NCBI GenBank assembly: GCA_041661385.1
Contig: JBAZUP010000002.1
Coordinates: 78,670 to 142,669, forward strand
Direction: 5' to 3'
DNA: 64,000 bases
DNA from: Patescibacteria group bacterium
Lineage (GTDB): Bacteria; Patescibacteriota; Patescibacteriia; Magasanikbacterales; GWA2-37-8
Below the pieces are notes generated by a model, which worked only from the letters and a program-made list of their open reading frames with translations, ran no database searches and was not told the origin of the DNA. Each line of letters begins with the position of its first letter. The first letter of the stretch is position 1. Made by a program: the position numbers and the translations under genes. Of this stretch, positions 11,243-22,603 are shown in pieces.

Positions 11243-12079
11243 TTACTGGAAAACGCAGGTGTAGAGTCCGGTGAACGGATAGAACGCCTGGGTCATGGAG
11301 ATCAATTGGTTGGTCACCGGTGGGGATGTGTAAACGACCTGACTGGCAGGATCGCGAGCCAAGAGTGCGCCTTCAAGATCATTCATCTTGGCCATACACA
11401 CCCCATTGTTAACATACAGGGTGATGATGCCACCTTGTGGTCCGATTTGAGATGGGCAACCCTTCACCGCGCGGTTGTCGAGGTCACTGCGCCACTGGGC
11501 GCAGATATCGACCGGCGGGTCGTTGACCTTCAGGTTCACTGAGGCCGGGTTGCTGGAATTGCCAGCTTTGTCGGTCGAGATGGCCGTGAGGGGGAAGGAC
11601 CCAGGAGTCGTTGGGATCCACGAGCAAGTGACCGTGAAGCCGCCGTACAACCCGTACGTGACGTCGGTCGTCGTGCAGACGATCGTGTTGTTCACCTTGA
11701 AGTCAACGCGATCGATACCGCTCGTCGGAGCGCCGGGGTCGCTCACCGTGGCGGTGAGCGTGACCGTGGTGCCAACGACGATGTTGGTGTCGGCGGTCGG
11801 CGCCGTGATGACGACGGTGGGTGGGGTGATGTCGGGGTTCTGGACGCACTTGTTCTGGGTAGCGTCCCAGTGCTCGCCGGACGGGCAGGTCGGAGGGGTG
11901 TTCGTGTCTTCGCCGCCGCCACCGCAACCGACGATGAAAGCGACGATGACGACGGCGATGATGACGAAGAACTTCGTCATCGAGGTGCGACGGATCGGCA
12001 GGGAATTGGTCATGGGCTTCTCCAGGTGCATGGGAATGGTGAGTGGCATCAACTTTGCGTCGAGGGTCTGTTGTTTCAT
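11243..12079 (-). CDS. GC-rich putative lipoprotein with Ig-like (Big) domain; true start may be downstream (MTKFFVII)
   Basis: Lipobox-like IVGC; DITPPTVVITAP..VTLTATVSD..DRVDFKVN..DKAGN Ig-like pattern; GC much higher than flanks. Confidence 0.75.
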   Translation of the reverse strand: MKQQTLDAKLMPLTIPMHLEKPMTNSLPIRRTSMTKFFVIIAVVIVAFIVGCGGGGEDTNTPPTCPSGEHWDATQNKCVQNPDITPPTVVITAPTADTNIVVGTTVTLTATVSDPGAPTSGIDRVDFKVNNTIVCTTTDVTYGLYGGFTVTCSWIPTTPGSFPLTAISTDKAGNSSNPASVNLKVNDPPVDICAQWRSDLDNRAVKGCPSQIGPQGGIITLYVNNGVCMAKMNDLEGALLARDPASQVVYTSPPVTNQLISMTQAFYPFTGLYTCVFQ

Positions 12080-12460
12080 GATGAAACTTCCTTCGGCCTC
12101 AAGGGCCCGTTGTGGCCCTTTGGGCCGTTAAACTTCTACAGACATTTTCAGAATTCTTTGAAGCTAAGGCAGAAATAGAAAATAATGGATTATTTACTAC
12201 CTATTTCCACCTTAGCTTTTCCAACTTCATAGTGGTTATTATTGGTCAAAAAATGACTAAAATAACACATTGTAAAGAGCAAAAGATGTAATAAATACAT
12301 CATTGTTTTTCAACCCAATTCTATCATAAGAAAAACATATAAGTATACACCAAAATAGGGGTTTTGTCAAGTAAACGCCCTTATCCCCATTTTCGTTGTT
12401 GGCACTCATTTTTTATGCTATAATAAGAGCACGTTTGAAGATTTAATTCTCATTGTTTCC

Positions 12461-15400
12461 ATGACGATAGAAAATATCGTAAAAAAGCTTGTTTCATGGA
12501 AAAAAATAACGCGAAATCAAAAAGCGATTTTTTTGTCGACTTTATTTTTATTTATATTTGGATTATTTTTTGCTGTTCTTCCCGCCTCAGCCCAAACGAA
12601 TACATTTGTCGGTAACAGTTTTTTTGACGCGCTTCTTATCAGCATGTCTCGGGTCATGATGGTAGTAGCACAAACCTGTTTACAGCTGCTCATGTTTGTT
12701 TTAACTTTCATTATTCAAATTGCCGCCTACAATAACTACTTAGATTCCACTGCCGTAAACACCGGTTGGATTTTAATCAGAGATCTTACCAATATGGTTT
12801 TTGTGGTGGCTTTGCTCGCCATTGCTTTCGGCACGATTCTTGGTATCGAACACTACGAATGGAAGCATATGTTGTTCAAGTTGGTTTCTGCCGCAATTTT
12901 AGTAAATTTCAGCCGCATCATCTGTGGCATTCTCATTGATATTTCTCAAGTAGTGATGATGACATTTTTAAATGGTATCGCTGCCACGATGGGCGGTAAT
13001 CTTATTCGCACTTTTAGTTTGGAAAAAATTCAAAGTTTTAGGCCTGGTGTCTCGGGCGCTCTCATTGACCCAGCCACCGTATTTATTACCGCCATGGCGG
13101 CGGTGTTTATTTCGGTCACGATATTGGTTGTCATGGGTATCATGCTCGGCATGCTTGTTGGGCGTATGATAGTGCTTTGGGTACTCATTGTACTTTCTCC
13201 AGTCGCTTTTGTGCTCGGGGTTTTACATCAGACCGAACACTATGCTTCAGAGTGGTGGGGTGAATTTGGTAAAAATGTTATAACCGGCCCGGTTTTAATA
13301 TTTTTTATTTGGCTTACTTTGGTTACGGTCGGAAGTGGAGTTATGGACCAAGAAATGAATAATGCTACCACTGGCGTTCCAAAACCAGAAACTATCAATG
13401 TCGGTATTGCTGATGTCTTATCCGGTGGTAAATTAGTAAATTTTGCTATTGCGATTGGCATGCTTTTGGTTGGTTTGCGGGTTACTCAGCATCTCGGTGG
13501 TATTGGCGCCGAATGGACCGGCAAAGCGGTAAGTATTGGTAAGAAAGCCGCAATGGCGGTGAGCGGTGTCGCACTCGCGCGTGATATGGCAAAATCTGCC
13601 GGTGGAGCGGTTCGGGATTATGGTCAACAAAGTTACAAAAATCTTGTTTCTGCACCGAAGGCGTTGGCTTCAATGGGTTTATCAAAAATAAAAATGACAC
13701 GGGATAATATTGCACAAGGCTTTGAAAAAGGTGGTAAAAAAATGATTGAATTAAAAAGTTTAAGAGATCGAAAGATTATTTCTGAGAAAGAATATCAGGC
13801 GCGTGTTAAGGGTGATGAAGTTGCATTAGGTCAAGTATATAATGAGAAAGCATTTTCACAATCTCGCGAAGAAGGCGATAAATATCGCGCTCAATTGGAA
13901 GCTGAAAATAAATTACTAAAACCGGCCGACCGACTTTCAAAGTCTCAAATTGCTCTCAAGGTTATGCAAAGGCAACAAGAAGTAATTGCTAATGTTCAAA
14001 GAGAAAAAGAAAAAGCATTAGCGGACAGTCCAAAAAAAGGTGGAGTATTTCAGTCTACAGCGGCAGGTCGCGTGGCTGGGAGTGTTTTGGGTTCGATTTT
14101 TCAATCTCAGTCCAGGGCGACTTCAAGAGCTGAAAATTGGGCACAGGCCGCTGAAAGCCTGAAAGTACGAGCTGGAAACGAAGAAAGTACAAGTGCTACG
14201 TTGGGTGGTCAGGTTAAGTTGAAACAAGGTGTACTTGAACACGCCTCCGTAGAAAGAGGTAAGGCTAAATCGCAACAGAAAAAAGATGAAGAAGCCCAGG
14301 CACTTATTGCAACGGAAGACGAAACATTCCATGAGTTAGAAGAAGGTGCAAGAAAGGCGAAGGCTGCTGGAACTGTGGCGCAAGCCTATGTTTCTGGTCA
14401 TGAGGCGTTAGCTCAACAAAAAGCTGATCAGAAAGCTGGTGTATACCGGGCTAAAACAAAACAAGAAATAGAAGAAGGCCTCGCGCGAGCTAGAGATAAT
14501 AGTGGCGTTGCCTTAGAAAGAGAAAAACTTATTTCCGAACCATTGATGGTCCGCGGTAATAAAATAGATTATATTGATCATACTCCGGAAAGTTTAAAAC
14601 TAGCCGAGAGTCATATTGATTCATTGGTCAGTGATGAGGGTGAGCGTGAAAAATTAAAGCAAAAAGCCGAAGCAATGCATATGGAGGCTTCCAGAAAGAG
14701 AGAAGAGGCAATCGGAGTACAGCGTAAAGAAGCGGTTGCTGCCCAAGAAACTGCTGCCGGTGCAAAAGCAAAAGAACAATTAGCGAAAGAAGGTGATTAT
14801 AGATTGAGAGAGCAAAGAATCACCGGCTTTACTGCAGAAATGAATCAGATTCAGGACAAGCTTACCGCAGAACGGCAAAATGAATTATTAACTTCAATTA
14901 GAAATTTATTAGAATCAGAAGTTGGCCTGACTAGGCAACAACAAATTGCTTCTTTTCAGGCGGGCAATAAAATGCAAGAAGATAGAACTGGGGGCATAAA
15001 AGAGCGTGAGGCTTTAGCAGCAAGGAGAGAATTGATGGCTTCGGCGGATAGTCGCCGGGAATTAAGGGAGACAGAACAACAAAAAGCACAAAATAAGCAA
15101 CAAGAAGAAAGATTGAGTGGAATAGGTGAAAGAGAAGCTGGGCGTGCAAAACGAGATTTGTTAGCAACTACTGGAGGACAAAATGAGCAGGCGAAAATTT
15201 ATCGCACAAGAGGACAAGAGGAGCTCGATAAAAGCTTGGCGGAAGATCCGCAAATAATGATGCAAGCGAGAGAAAAAGCTGCCATTTATAGACGTAATGG
15301 GGATCCCCTAAGGGCAGAAGCGACACTTAAATCAGCTTCAGCTCAAGTTGATAAAAAATATTCGGAATTATTTTCTGGCCTAACTTATGATGACCGAATG

Positions 15401-16231
15401 GCACAAGAAAAAATTCTATTAAGAAGGATTGCTGTAGAATCGGCGCCGGGAGGTGATCGGCGTAGGCTTGAAACTGCACAAGCAATGCGAGCTGCTTTAA
15501 CGCGATTAAATACAGCATCAGATGCTTCTTCGGCTCGAGACGGACGACAGGCCGCTGCGAGTGAATTGGGGGTTACCCAGATAGACGATACAAATAGTTT
15601 TATGGTTGAATTACAGCGGCTTACTGGTAATAGGAGTAATAATATAAATATTTTAAAAGCCGCTTTTGAAGCGAGGTTTAGAGGTGACCGGGTACAAAAA
15701 CAAGCGGCGTTAAGAGGATTATTTGAAGCTTACAAAAAAGCGGCTGAACGGGGAGATGAAACAGCGTTAGGCTTTATTAAAAAAGATTTAGTTGGTGCAT
15801 CAGGAAGTGAGACACTTAATTTTGAATGGGCAGCTGATCAAACGGACGCTAACAAATATGCCACGACGTATGGTACTTTTTTTGCGGAAAGAGCAAAGGG
15901 GCAAGTTGATACGATTGCTCCGATGTCTGGAAAAACTAAACAATCTGCGAGTGGTGAATGGGTAATGAATGGACAGACTACACAAGGACGTAAATCAATT
16001 GTCGCTTTTCATAAAGGAAAAGATGGAAGAGAGATGTCACAAAAAGATATGACTCCAGTTTACGCTTCTTGGAATAGTGCAGAAGTGAATGGGGCAAATG
16101 TTGCAGAGTATGTTCAAACAATGCAGGAGATAAAAAATGCCATGCCAGATGATGGATGGAGAAAATTCGAAGAAAATGTGAAAGATCTTAAAGCAAAAAT
16201 GGCCGCTTTTGGAGGTACCTGGCCACCGTAG
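12461..16231 (+). CDS. VirB6/TrbL-like polytopic membrane protein with long charged helical C-terminal extension
   Basis: GWILIRDLTNM, AAILVNFS, GRMIVLWVLIVLSPVAF TM region; upstream of prgI/virB4. Confidence 0.75.
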   Translation: MTIENIVKKLVSWKKITRNQKAIFLSTLFLFIFGLFFAVLPASAQTNTFVGNSFFDALLISMSRVMMVVAQTCLQLLMFVLTFIIQIAAYNNYLDSTAVNTGWILIRDLTNMVFVVALLAIAFGTILGIEHYEWKHMLFKLVSAAILVNFSRIICGILIDISQVVMMTFLNGIAATMGGNLIRTFSLEKIQSFRPGVSGALIDPATVFITAMAAVFISVTILVVMGIMLGMLVGRMIVLWVLIVLSPVAFVLGVLHQTEHYASEWWGEFGKNVITGPVLIFFIWLTLVTVGSGVMDQEMNNATTGVPKPETINVGIADVLSGGKLVNFAIAIGMLLVGLRVTQHLGGIGAEWTGKAVSIGKKAAMAVSGVALARDMAKSAGGAVRDYGQQSYKNLVSAPKALASMGLSKIKMTRDNIAQGFEKGGKKMIELKSLRDRKIISEKEYQARVKGDEVALGQVYNEKAFSQSREEGDKYRAQLEAENKLLKPADRLSKSQIALKVMQRQQEVIANVQREKEKALADSPKKGGVFQSTAAGRVAGSVLGSIFQSQSRATSRAENWAQAAESLKVRAGNEESTSATLGGQVKLKQGVLEHASVERGKAKSQQKKDEEAQALIATEDETFHELEEGARKAKAAGTVAQAYVSGHEALAQQKADQKAGVYRAKTKQEIEEGLARARDNSGVALEREKLISEPLMVRGNKIDYIDHTPESLKLAESHIDSLVSDEGEREKLKQKAEAMHMEASRKREEAIGVQRKEAVAAQETAAGAKAKEQLAKEGDYRLREQRITGFTAEMNQIQDKLTAERQNELLTSIRNLLESEVGLTRQQQIASFQAGNKMQEDRTGGIKEREALAARRELMASADSRRELRETEQQKAQNKQQEERLSGIGEREAGRAKRDLLATTGGQNEQAKIYRTRGQEELDKSLAEDPQIMMQAREKAAIYRRNGDPLRAEATLKSASAQVDKKYSELFSGLTYDDRMAQEKILLRRIAVESAPGGDRRRLETAQAMRAALTRLNTASDASSARDGRQAAASELGVTQIDDTNSFMVELQRLTGNRSNNINILKAAFEARFRGDRVQKQAALRGLFEAYKKAAERGDETALGFIKKDLVGASGSETLNFEWAADQTDANKYATTYGTFFAERAKGQVDTIAPMSGKTKQSASGEWVMNGQTTQGRKSIVAFHKGKDGREMSQKDMTPVYASWNSAEVNGANVAEYVQTMQEIKNAMPDDGWRKFEENVKDLKAKMAAFGGTWPP

Positions 16232-16241
16232 AAATATAAAT

Positions 16242-17510
16242 ATGACTTTAAACCTAAAAGATAGTCAGCAGCTAGAATCAAAGCTAGTAGAAAATTCACA
16301 AACACCACAAGGGCGTGAGAATGTTTGGGTTTTTTTGCATTCTTATTTTCTTAATGCAACACCAGACGACGACAAAAAAGTTCGACTGACTTTATTTCGT
16401 TGGTATACAGACTTGACCTGGAAAAGAATAAATTTACTTTCAAATGAAGATTTTGTAAATGTCGCTTTTGGTCGACAAGTACCACTCGCTTTACTTCTCG
16501 GGTTTGATATTCAAAAAATTCTTTTTGATTATTTAAATTTTCGATGCCCAGAAAAGGAAGACATGGTGGATGTTTATGCAAAAACAAAAAATGCTTTTAT
16601 GAATTCTGAGGCTTTTCTTGGTTCGTTGGACGGAATTGAATATGGCGTAAAAGATATTATACCGGATATAAAAAAATATAATTTAGAAAGCCTGTCTACT
16701 TTAGAAAAAGCGACTATTACAGAAAAATTAACAAAAATATTGTTTCCCAAGAAAGATGAATTATTTAATCAATATATATTTACCGAGCCAACTCAGGTTG
16801 TTGATTGGTTTATCGGGTTGGTAAATTTTTTCATGGGTGTAAAAGCTGAGGATATTAAATTGATAGTGGACGGTTATAATAGAGAAGAGGATGAAGAAAT
16901 TATTAAAATATCCGAAAATAATAAAAAAATTGCACAAAAAGAGACAGAAAATAAACCATTCGAATTAAAACAATCGGAATCGATGAAAAATGTTATTCCG
17001 GTTATAAAACCCGAAGAGCCAAAAAAGCCGGAAATAAAAATTGAGGCTAAAAAAGAGATAAAACCCGAAGCGAAAAAAGAAATTAAACCTGAAATTAAAC
17101 CAACTGAAATTAAGGCCGGCGCAAAAACGCCGGAGAAAACTGATGACTCTATGTTTTTCTCAAAAAAATCAACTTCGCCAAAGAAACAAGAAGGTGAAGT
17201 AAATCACAATGTCGATGAAAACCTAAATGCTCCGAAGGCCCTGACACGTTCGCCAATTTTATCTGGTCATAAAAAGCCAGAAACGACGACGGGGGTAACC
17301 AATCGAAGATTGTCTTATAAGGAAATAAGAAAGCAATTAGAAAGCCGATTTGCAAAGGACTCGTATGGGCATTTCTTGAATGTGACAGATGTGCTGAACG
17401 AGTTGCAAAAAATTTCTGTTACGCAAGAAGATCCGCACATAAAAGATTTGTATTATTTTAATGAACAAGCTGGAGGATTTGAGTGGAATGAAAATTTACT
17501 CAAAGATTAA
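16242..17510 (+). CDS. Hypothetical protein with EAKKEIKP low-complexity linker
   Basis: Long ORF in operon; ATG at 16242 after the upstream stop. Confidence 0.7.
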   Translation: MTLNLKDSQQLESKLVENSQTPQGRENVWVFLHSYFLNATPDDDKKVRLTLFRWYTDLTWKRINLLSNEDFVNVAFGRQVPLALLLGFDIQKILFDYLNFRCPEKEDMVDVYAKTKNAFMNSEAFLGSLDGIEYGVKDIIPDIKKYNLESLSTLEKATITEKLTKILFPKKDELFNQYIFTEPTQVVDWFIGLVNFFMGVKAEDIKLIVDGYNREEDEEIIKISENNKKIAQKETENKPFELKQSESMKNVIPVIKPEEPKKPEIKIEAKKEIKPEAKKEIKPEIKPTEIKAGAKTPEKTDDSMFFSKKSTSPKKQEGEVNHNVDENLNAPKALTRSPILSGHKKPETTTGVTNRRLSYKEIRKQLESRFAKDSYGHFLNVTDVLNELQKISVTQEDPHIKDLYYFNEQAGGFEWNENLLKD

Positions 17511-17512
17511 TT

Positions 17513-18964
17513 ATGTCTGATCAAGACGAAATAAAAATTTTAGTAAAGAAATCTGACGGCAGTTTTATACACATGCCGATTTCGGAAGTTCAAAAACACA
17601 ATCGGCTGACACCGACTGCGTCTTCCGCCGAGCCTGTTTTATCAAAACCGGCGGCTTTTAATCCCGCTGCGCCATTTGCTTCTGTACAGCCGGTTGCACC
17701 TGCTGCACCTCAAAAGCCAGCTGCGCCAGTTGCCCCTCAAAAACCAATTGAAAAACCGGTTGAAAAGAAACCGGAAACAATGCCAGTTGTAAAACCGGTA
17801 GAAAAAAATGAAGCATCGAAACCTAAATTTAATCCAAAAGAAAATGCCAGATTAGAAAAAGAAATTCCGGCGGTAATCAAAGCGGCGCCGGTAGTAAAAA
17901 ATACGCCACCGGTTGCAAGTGCGCCAATAAAAAATATTTCGGCGGCAGTACCACCCATTCCGGTTACGCCACCCCAATCGAAACCAGTGGTACCAAAAAT
18001 CGAACCGGTTAATTTGTCAGTAGTATCTGAAAAGAATGATATGGGTTCGCTGCTGGATGAAAAATTACCGAATGAAAATAAACTCACTCCGCTTACCAGT
18101 GAATCAAGAGATAAGCAAGTTGATGAGATAATTAAAAGTATTGGTTTTAAAATACCTCCTGGAAATAATAGTAGAGTAAAAACAATCATTCAATTATTTT
18201 TAAAAGAAGTTCGAGGCAAGGAAGAAACAATGGAAATTTTACGCCGGCCCGAAATTGATGGGGGAGTTGGTTTGTCCGATGAACAAGTAAATGAAGTTTT
18301 AGAAAAATGCAGTAAAACTACGGTATCAGCTGCCGGCAGTTTTTCCGTGCCATCGTTAAAAACTGTGCCGAAAATAACCGTGCCGATGCCAAATAAACTA
18401 GCAGCGATTCAAATAACAAGAATTACGAATTCGCAAGTAAGCACAAATGACAATAAGCGCTTAGAAGCAGAGTTGCCGGCTGTGGTAATAAAAACAGCAG
18501 CCCCAAAACTGCCGCCAAAACCAATTGCGACTGGAGATGCTAGAAAAATTTTAGAAGAACAAATAACTAAAAATACAATGTCGGAATTACCTGGTAATTT
18601 TACGATTAATTCCGATCGAAATAAAACGACCATGTCGGATGTAAAATCGGCTCCGGCTCAAATGGGACCGATTGAGGAAATTCGTTATTTTAGTTTGGTA
18701 GATTTTCGTAGGTTGTCCGGAGATCCGACCGAGGCTGCCAATCGGTTGAAACAAAAGTTTTTAAATCTTCACGAGGAATCAGTAGTTTTTTATTTTGAGG
18801 GGCTCGACGCCTGGAAAATTTCGCCGCTTTATCACGATTATATAAATTTGGTAAGTGAGGCGATAAAAAAACGCCAGACGCTGGCGCAAGTTGCAGTAGA
18901 TAAATCCAGAATACAAGTTTCGGAAATAAGCGCGCTTATTAAAATGGAAAAAGAATTAGGCTAG
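17513..18964 (+). CDS. Hypothetical Pro/Lys-rich protein
   Basis: 483-aa ORF tightly coupled to neighbours; ordered-looking C-terminus (GPIEEI..DFRRL..AWKISPLY). Confidence 0.7.
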   Translation: MSDQDEIKILVKKSDGSFIHMPISEVQKHNRLTPTASSAEPVLSKPAAFNPAAPFASVQPVAPAAPQKPAAPVAPQKPIEKPVEKKPETMPVVKPVEKNEASKPKFNPKENARLEKEIPAVIKAAPVVKNTPPVASAPIKNISAAVPPIPVTPPQSKPVVPKIEPVNLSVVSEKNDMGSLLDEKLPNENKLTPLTSESRDKQVDEIIKSIGFKIPPGNNSRVKTIIQLFLKEVRGKEETMEILRRPEIDGGVGLSDEQVNEVLEKCSKTTVSAAGSFSVPSLKTVPKITVPMPNKLAAIQITRITNSQVSTNDNKRLEAELPAVVIKTAAPKLPPKPIATGDARKILEEQITKNTMSELPGNFTINSDRNKTTMSDVKSAPAQMGPIEEIRYFSLVDFRRLSGDPTEAANRLKQKFLNLHEESVVFYFEGLDAWKISPLYHDYINLVSEAIKKRQTLAQVAVDKSRIQVSEISALIKMEKELG

Positions 18965-18965
18965 T

Positions 18966-19406
18966 ATGCAACAATTTACCGTACCACAATTTATTGATGT
19001 TGAAGATAAAATTTTTGGTCCTGTTACAGCCCGTCAATTTAGTATTATGATTGGGGCGGTTGGTCCGATATTTTTAGCTTATAAACTCGCAGATTTTGCT
19101 TTATTTGTATTTATCGCGATTTTAATCGGCGGCACGGCAGCGATGTTTGCTTTTGTGCGCATAAATGGACAGGCTTTTCATTATTTTGTTTTAAATATTT
19201 TACAAACCTTACGTCGTCCAAGTCGTCGTCTTTGGTATAAAAGTTATACGAACGCTTCTTTGCAGGATTTTTTAAATTATGAAAAGCAAAATGTAAAAGA
19301 TAAATTGGATGCGGAAGATAATAAAATTGAAAAAAAAGTTATTTCCAATACGCGCATCAGAGATTTGTCGCTATTAGTGAATACCGGCGGGTATTTTAAA
19401 GTTTAA
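18966..19406 (+). CDS. PrgI family protein (VirB3-like)
   Basis: QFTVPQFIDVEDKIFGPVTARQF followed by two TMs. Confidence 0.88.
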   Translation: MQQFTVPQFIDVEDKIFGPVTARQFSIMIGAVGPIFLAYKLADFALFVFIAILIGGTAAMFAFVRINGQAFHYFVLNILQTLRRPSRRLWYKSYTNASLQDFLNYEKQNVKDKLDAEDNKIEKKVISNTRIRDLSLLVNTGGYFKV

Positions 19407-19415
19407 TTTAAAAAC

Positions 19416-20102
19416 ATGAAAAGCAAAACCGAAGAAAAAAAGAAGAAAAGCATGGTTACGACCCAAAACCATTTGCTTATTTCTGAAATTAAACAGGACA
19501 CTGTAATAATGAAAGACGGTACTCTTCGCGCTGTTATTATGGTTTCGAGTATTAATTTTGCGTTAAAAAATGACGACGAACAAAATGCGATTATTCAGTC
19601 TTATGTCGGTTTTTTAAATTCACTCGACCATCCCTTGCAGGTCGTAATTCAATCTCGCAAATTACAAATCAAACCATATATCGACCGCCTAATTCAGCAG
19701 GAGCGCAATCAGACAAATGATTTATTGCGCACCCAAACCGCCGATTATCGGTCGTTCGTACTTGAGCTTGTAAAGCTTGGTGAAATTATGAACAAGCAAT
19801 TTTATGTGGTAGTTCCTTATGATCCGATTTCAAATAAAACAAAAAGTTACTGGAGTCGCGTGAAGGAAGTTATAAATCCTACGGCGGCGATTTCTTTAAA
19901 AGGTAAAAAATTTGATGAGCGCAAGAAAGATCTCGACAGCCGGGTACACCTTGTTGAAAGCGGTCTAACCAGCATTGGCTTACAAATTGCGAGGTTAAAT
20001 ACCCAATCGCTCATTGAACTATATTACTCAACTTATAATACTGACATTGCTTTGGTTCAGGAACTTGCCCCAATTGAGCAATTGCAGGTAGAAACAGAAT
20101 AA
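19416..20102 (+). CDS. T4SS-associated protein resembling the TraC/VirB4 N-terminal region
   Basis: VIMKDGTLRAVIMVSSINFALK..EQNAII..FLNSL..QVVIQSR; lies between prgI and virB4. Confidence 0.7.
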   Translation: MKSKTEEKKKKSMVTTQNHLLISEIKQDTVIMKDGTLRAVIMVSSINFALKNDDEQNAIIQSYVGFLNSLDHPLQVVIQSRKLQIKPYIDRLIQQERNQTNDLLRTQTADYRSFVLELVKLGEIMNKQFYVVVPYDPISNKTKSYWSRVKEVINPTAAISLKGKKFDERKKDLDSRVHLVESGLTSIGLQIARLNTQSLIELYYSTYNTDIALVQELAPIEQLQVETE

Positions 20103-20126
20103 AATTTGAGGTATAATGTAACAACT

Positions 20127-22004
20127 ATGGCATTTAAGCCCACTAATCAAACAATTGAATCAAAGACCTCCGAGTCATTACTTGATAAGCAAAAAAATGT
20201 AATGAAAGATCGGGCCGAATCTGAGTTAGTAACGCTTGAGGAAGAGCGTATTTTTCGCGAGGGTGTAGTTTCGATTCGAGATCTTATTGCTCCGGCGGCA
20301 TTTAATGTTGAATCTAATTTTTTACAAATTGGTACCGCTTTTGCGCGAACAATTTTTGTCGCTTCTTATCCACGGTATATTTCTATTGGTTGGAGTTCGC
20401 CGATTATTAATCTTTCGGTAACCATGGATATCGCGATGTTTTTTTATCCGGTTAAATCTGAAATAATTTTAAAACAGCTTCGAAATAAAGTCGGTGCGCT
20501 CGAAGCGCAGATAACCTCGGATTCGGAAAAAGGCGCGCCTCGCGATCCGATTCGTGAAACCGCTCTTCGAGATATTGAAAAACTTCGTGATGATCTTACT
20601 CAAGGAATTGAACATTTTTTTCAGTTTGCTTTTTATGTCACTATTTATTCAGAATCCAAAGAAAAACTCGATACCGTATCGGCGGATGTCGAAAGCATTT
20701 TGGGCGCAAAATTAATCGGTACAAGAAAAGTATTGTTTCAATCTGAACAGGGTTTCAATTCGACCCTTCCGATTGGCGTGGATGAAATTATGGTTTCATT
20801 CAACATGAATTCAAGTCCGATTGCCGCTTCTTTTCCGTTTATTTCCGCCGAGCTTACTTCGGACAGCGGTATTCTTTATGGAATAAATCGCCATAACAAC
20901 AGTTTAATCTTGTTCGACAGATTTTCGCTTCAGAATGCCAACATGGCGGTATTTGCTACTTCCGGTGCTGGTAAAAGTTATTGCGTAAAACTGGAAATTT
21001 TGCGTACCCTCATGATGGGAGTAGATGTCATTGTTATTGATCCGGAAATGGAATATAAACATCTTAGTGATGCAGTCGGCGGTACCTACATAAATATTTC
21101 ACTTTCTTCGGAAAGTAAAATTAACCCATTTGATTTACCTCGGCCGGTCGGCCAGTCGATATCCGTCGAAGATGTTATTCGTGGCGCTGTCATTACCACC
21201 AAGGGCCTTTTGCGTATTATTTTTGGCGGTTTAAGCACTGCTCAGGACTCATTAATTGATCGGGCGCTCATTGAAACCTATGCCAAAAAAGATATTACCG
21301 CTGATTCTGATCTGGCCACCGTTCAGCCGCCGATTATGCAAGATTTGCTGGAAATTTTGGAAGGTTTAGAAGGCTCCGAGGAATTGGTGATGAAGCTGAA
21401 AAAGTTTACGGAAGGTACTTTTAGCGGTCTCTTTAATTCACCGACCAATGTCGATATAAAAAATCAACTGGTGATATTCAGCGTGCGAGATTTGGAAGAC
21501 GAACTTCGCCCGATTGCTATTTATACAATTATCAATTATATTTGGAACGTCGTTCGTTCTGAAACAAAAAAACGTATCTTGGTTATTGATGAGGCTTGGT
21601 GGCTTATGCAGCACGAAGATAGCGCCAGATTTATTTTTGCCCTGGTTAAGCGCTGCCGTAAGTATTATTTGGGAGTAACCACTATTACGCAGGATGTAAA
21701 TGATTTCTTGAAATCTCAATATGGACAGGCGATTGTCACGAACACTGCTTTGCAGATGCTTATGAAACAATCTCCGTCGGCGATTGATCTGATTCAAAAA
21801 GTATTTATGCTTACGGATAGTGAAAAATATCTTTTGCTAGAAAGCGGTGTTGGTGAGGGAATATTTTTTGCCGGTTTCAAACACGCGGCGATTAAAGTCG
21901 TTGCATCTTATACAGAAGACCAGATCGTTACAACTAATCCGGAACAACTGCTTCAGATTGAAAGAGCTAAAAAAGAATTTCAAGATCAACTTAAAAAAGA
22001 ATAA
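20127..22004 (+). CDS. virB4: VirB4-like type IV secretion ATPase
   Basis: Walker A ATSGAGKS, VIDPEMEY, INPFD, Walker B LVIDEAW, RCRKY, ITQD. Confidence 0.9.
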   Translation: MAFKPTNQTIESKTSESLLDKQKNVMKDRAESELVTLEEERIFREGVVSIRDLIAPAAFNVESNFLQIGTAFARTIFVASYPRYISIGWSSPIINLSVTMDIAMFFYPVKSEIILKQLRNKVGALEAQITSDSEKGAPRDPIRETALRDIEKLRDDLTQGIEHFFQFAFYVTIYSESKEKLDTVSADVESILGAKLIGTRKVLFQSEQGFNSTLPIGVDEIMVSFNMNSSPIAASFPFISAELTSDSGILYGINRHNNSLILFDRFSLQNANMAVFATSGAGKSYCVKLEILRTLMMGVDVIVIDPEMEYKHLSDAVGGTYINISLSSESKINPFDLPRPVGQSISVEDVIRGAVITTKGLLRIIFGGLSTAQDSLIDRALIETYAKKDITADSDLATVQPPIMQDLLEILEGLEGSEELVMKLKKFTEGTFSGLFNSPTNVDIKNQLVIFSVRDLEDELRPIAIYTIINYIWNVVRSETKKRILVIDEAWWLMQHEDSARFIFALVKRCRKYYLGVTTITQDVNDFLKSQYGQAIVTNTALQMLMKQSPSAIDLIQKVFMLTDSEKYLLLESGVGEGIFFAGFKHAAIKVVASYTEDQIVTTNPEQLLQIERAKKEFQDQLKKE

Positions 22005-22010
22005 AAATAT

Positions 22011-22601
22011 ATGCCATTAAGAACACGAATTTTTATAATGATTGGTGCCGGGGTATTTGTTATCGGGGTAATAAGTATTTTTATAATTTTTAAGTTTGGC
22101 AAAAAGCCGGTCACAACTCCGCCGGTTCAGGAACAGGTAACCATTAATCAAACAAATGATCAGGTTAATGTAAAAGTTGGCACCGAACCGACTGTCGTGC
22201 CAAAGAATGTAAAGATAACCCCTCCGACTGCAATTCAGCAGGAAGATATTACGGTAAAAAATATCGCTCGAGTTTATATTGAAAGATATCATACCTATTC
22301 TAGCGAAAATAATTTTCAAAATATTCGTGATATTGAATCAATTGTCACTGCAGCCTATTGGAAAAAAATCAGCGCGCCAATGGTCGCAAAAATAGCGCCT
22401 CCGGCTAGTTTTGTTTCTTTAACAACCGAGGTGCTTAGCATATTATCAGTTGATGTAAAAAGCATCAGCGCATCGGTGGCGTTAAACACCCGTCAAACTG
22501 CTATCGCAAACGGACAAACTACTGTTAGCTTTAAAGAATATACCGTGACGCTTGTTAAGTCTGGTGGTAGCTGGCTGGTAAGTGGAGAGACTGCAAAATA
22601 G
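22011..22601 (+). CDS. Bitopic membrane protein, possibly VirB8/NTF2-like
   Basis: N-terminal TM; ARVYIERYHTYS..VTLVKSGGSWLV; follows virB4. Confidence 0.55.
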   Translation: MPLRTRIFIMIGAGVFVIGVISIFIIFKFGKKPVTTPPVQEQVTINQTNDQVNVKVGTEPTVVPKNVKITPPTAIQQEDITVKNIARVYIERYHTYSSENNFQNIRDIESIVTAAYWKKISAPMVAKIAPPASFVSLTTEVLSILSVDVKSISASVALNTRQTAIANGQTTVSFKEYTVTLVKSGGSWLVSGETAK

Positions 22602-22603
22602 TT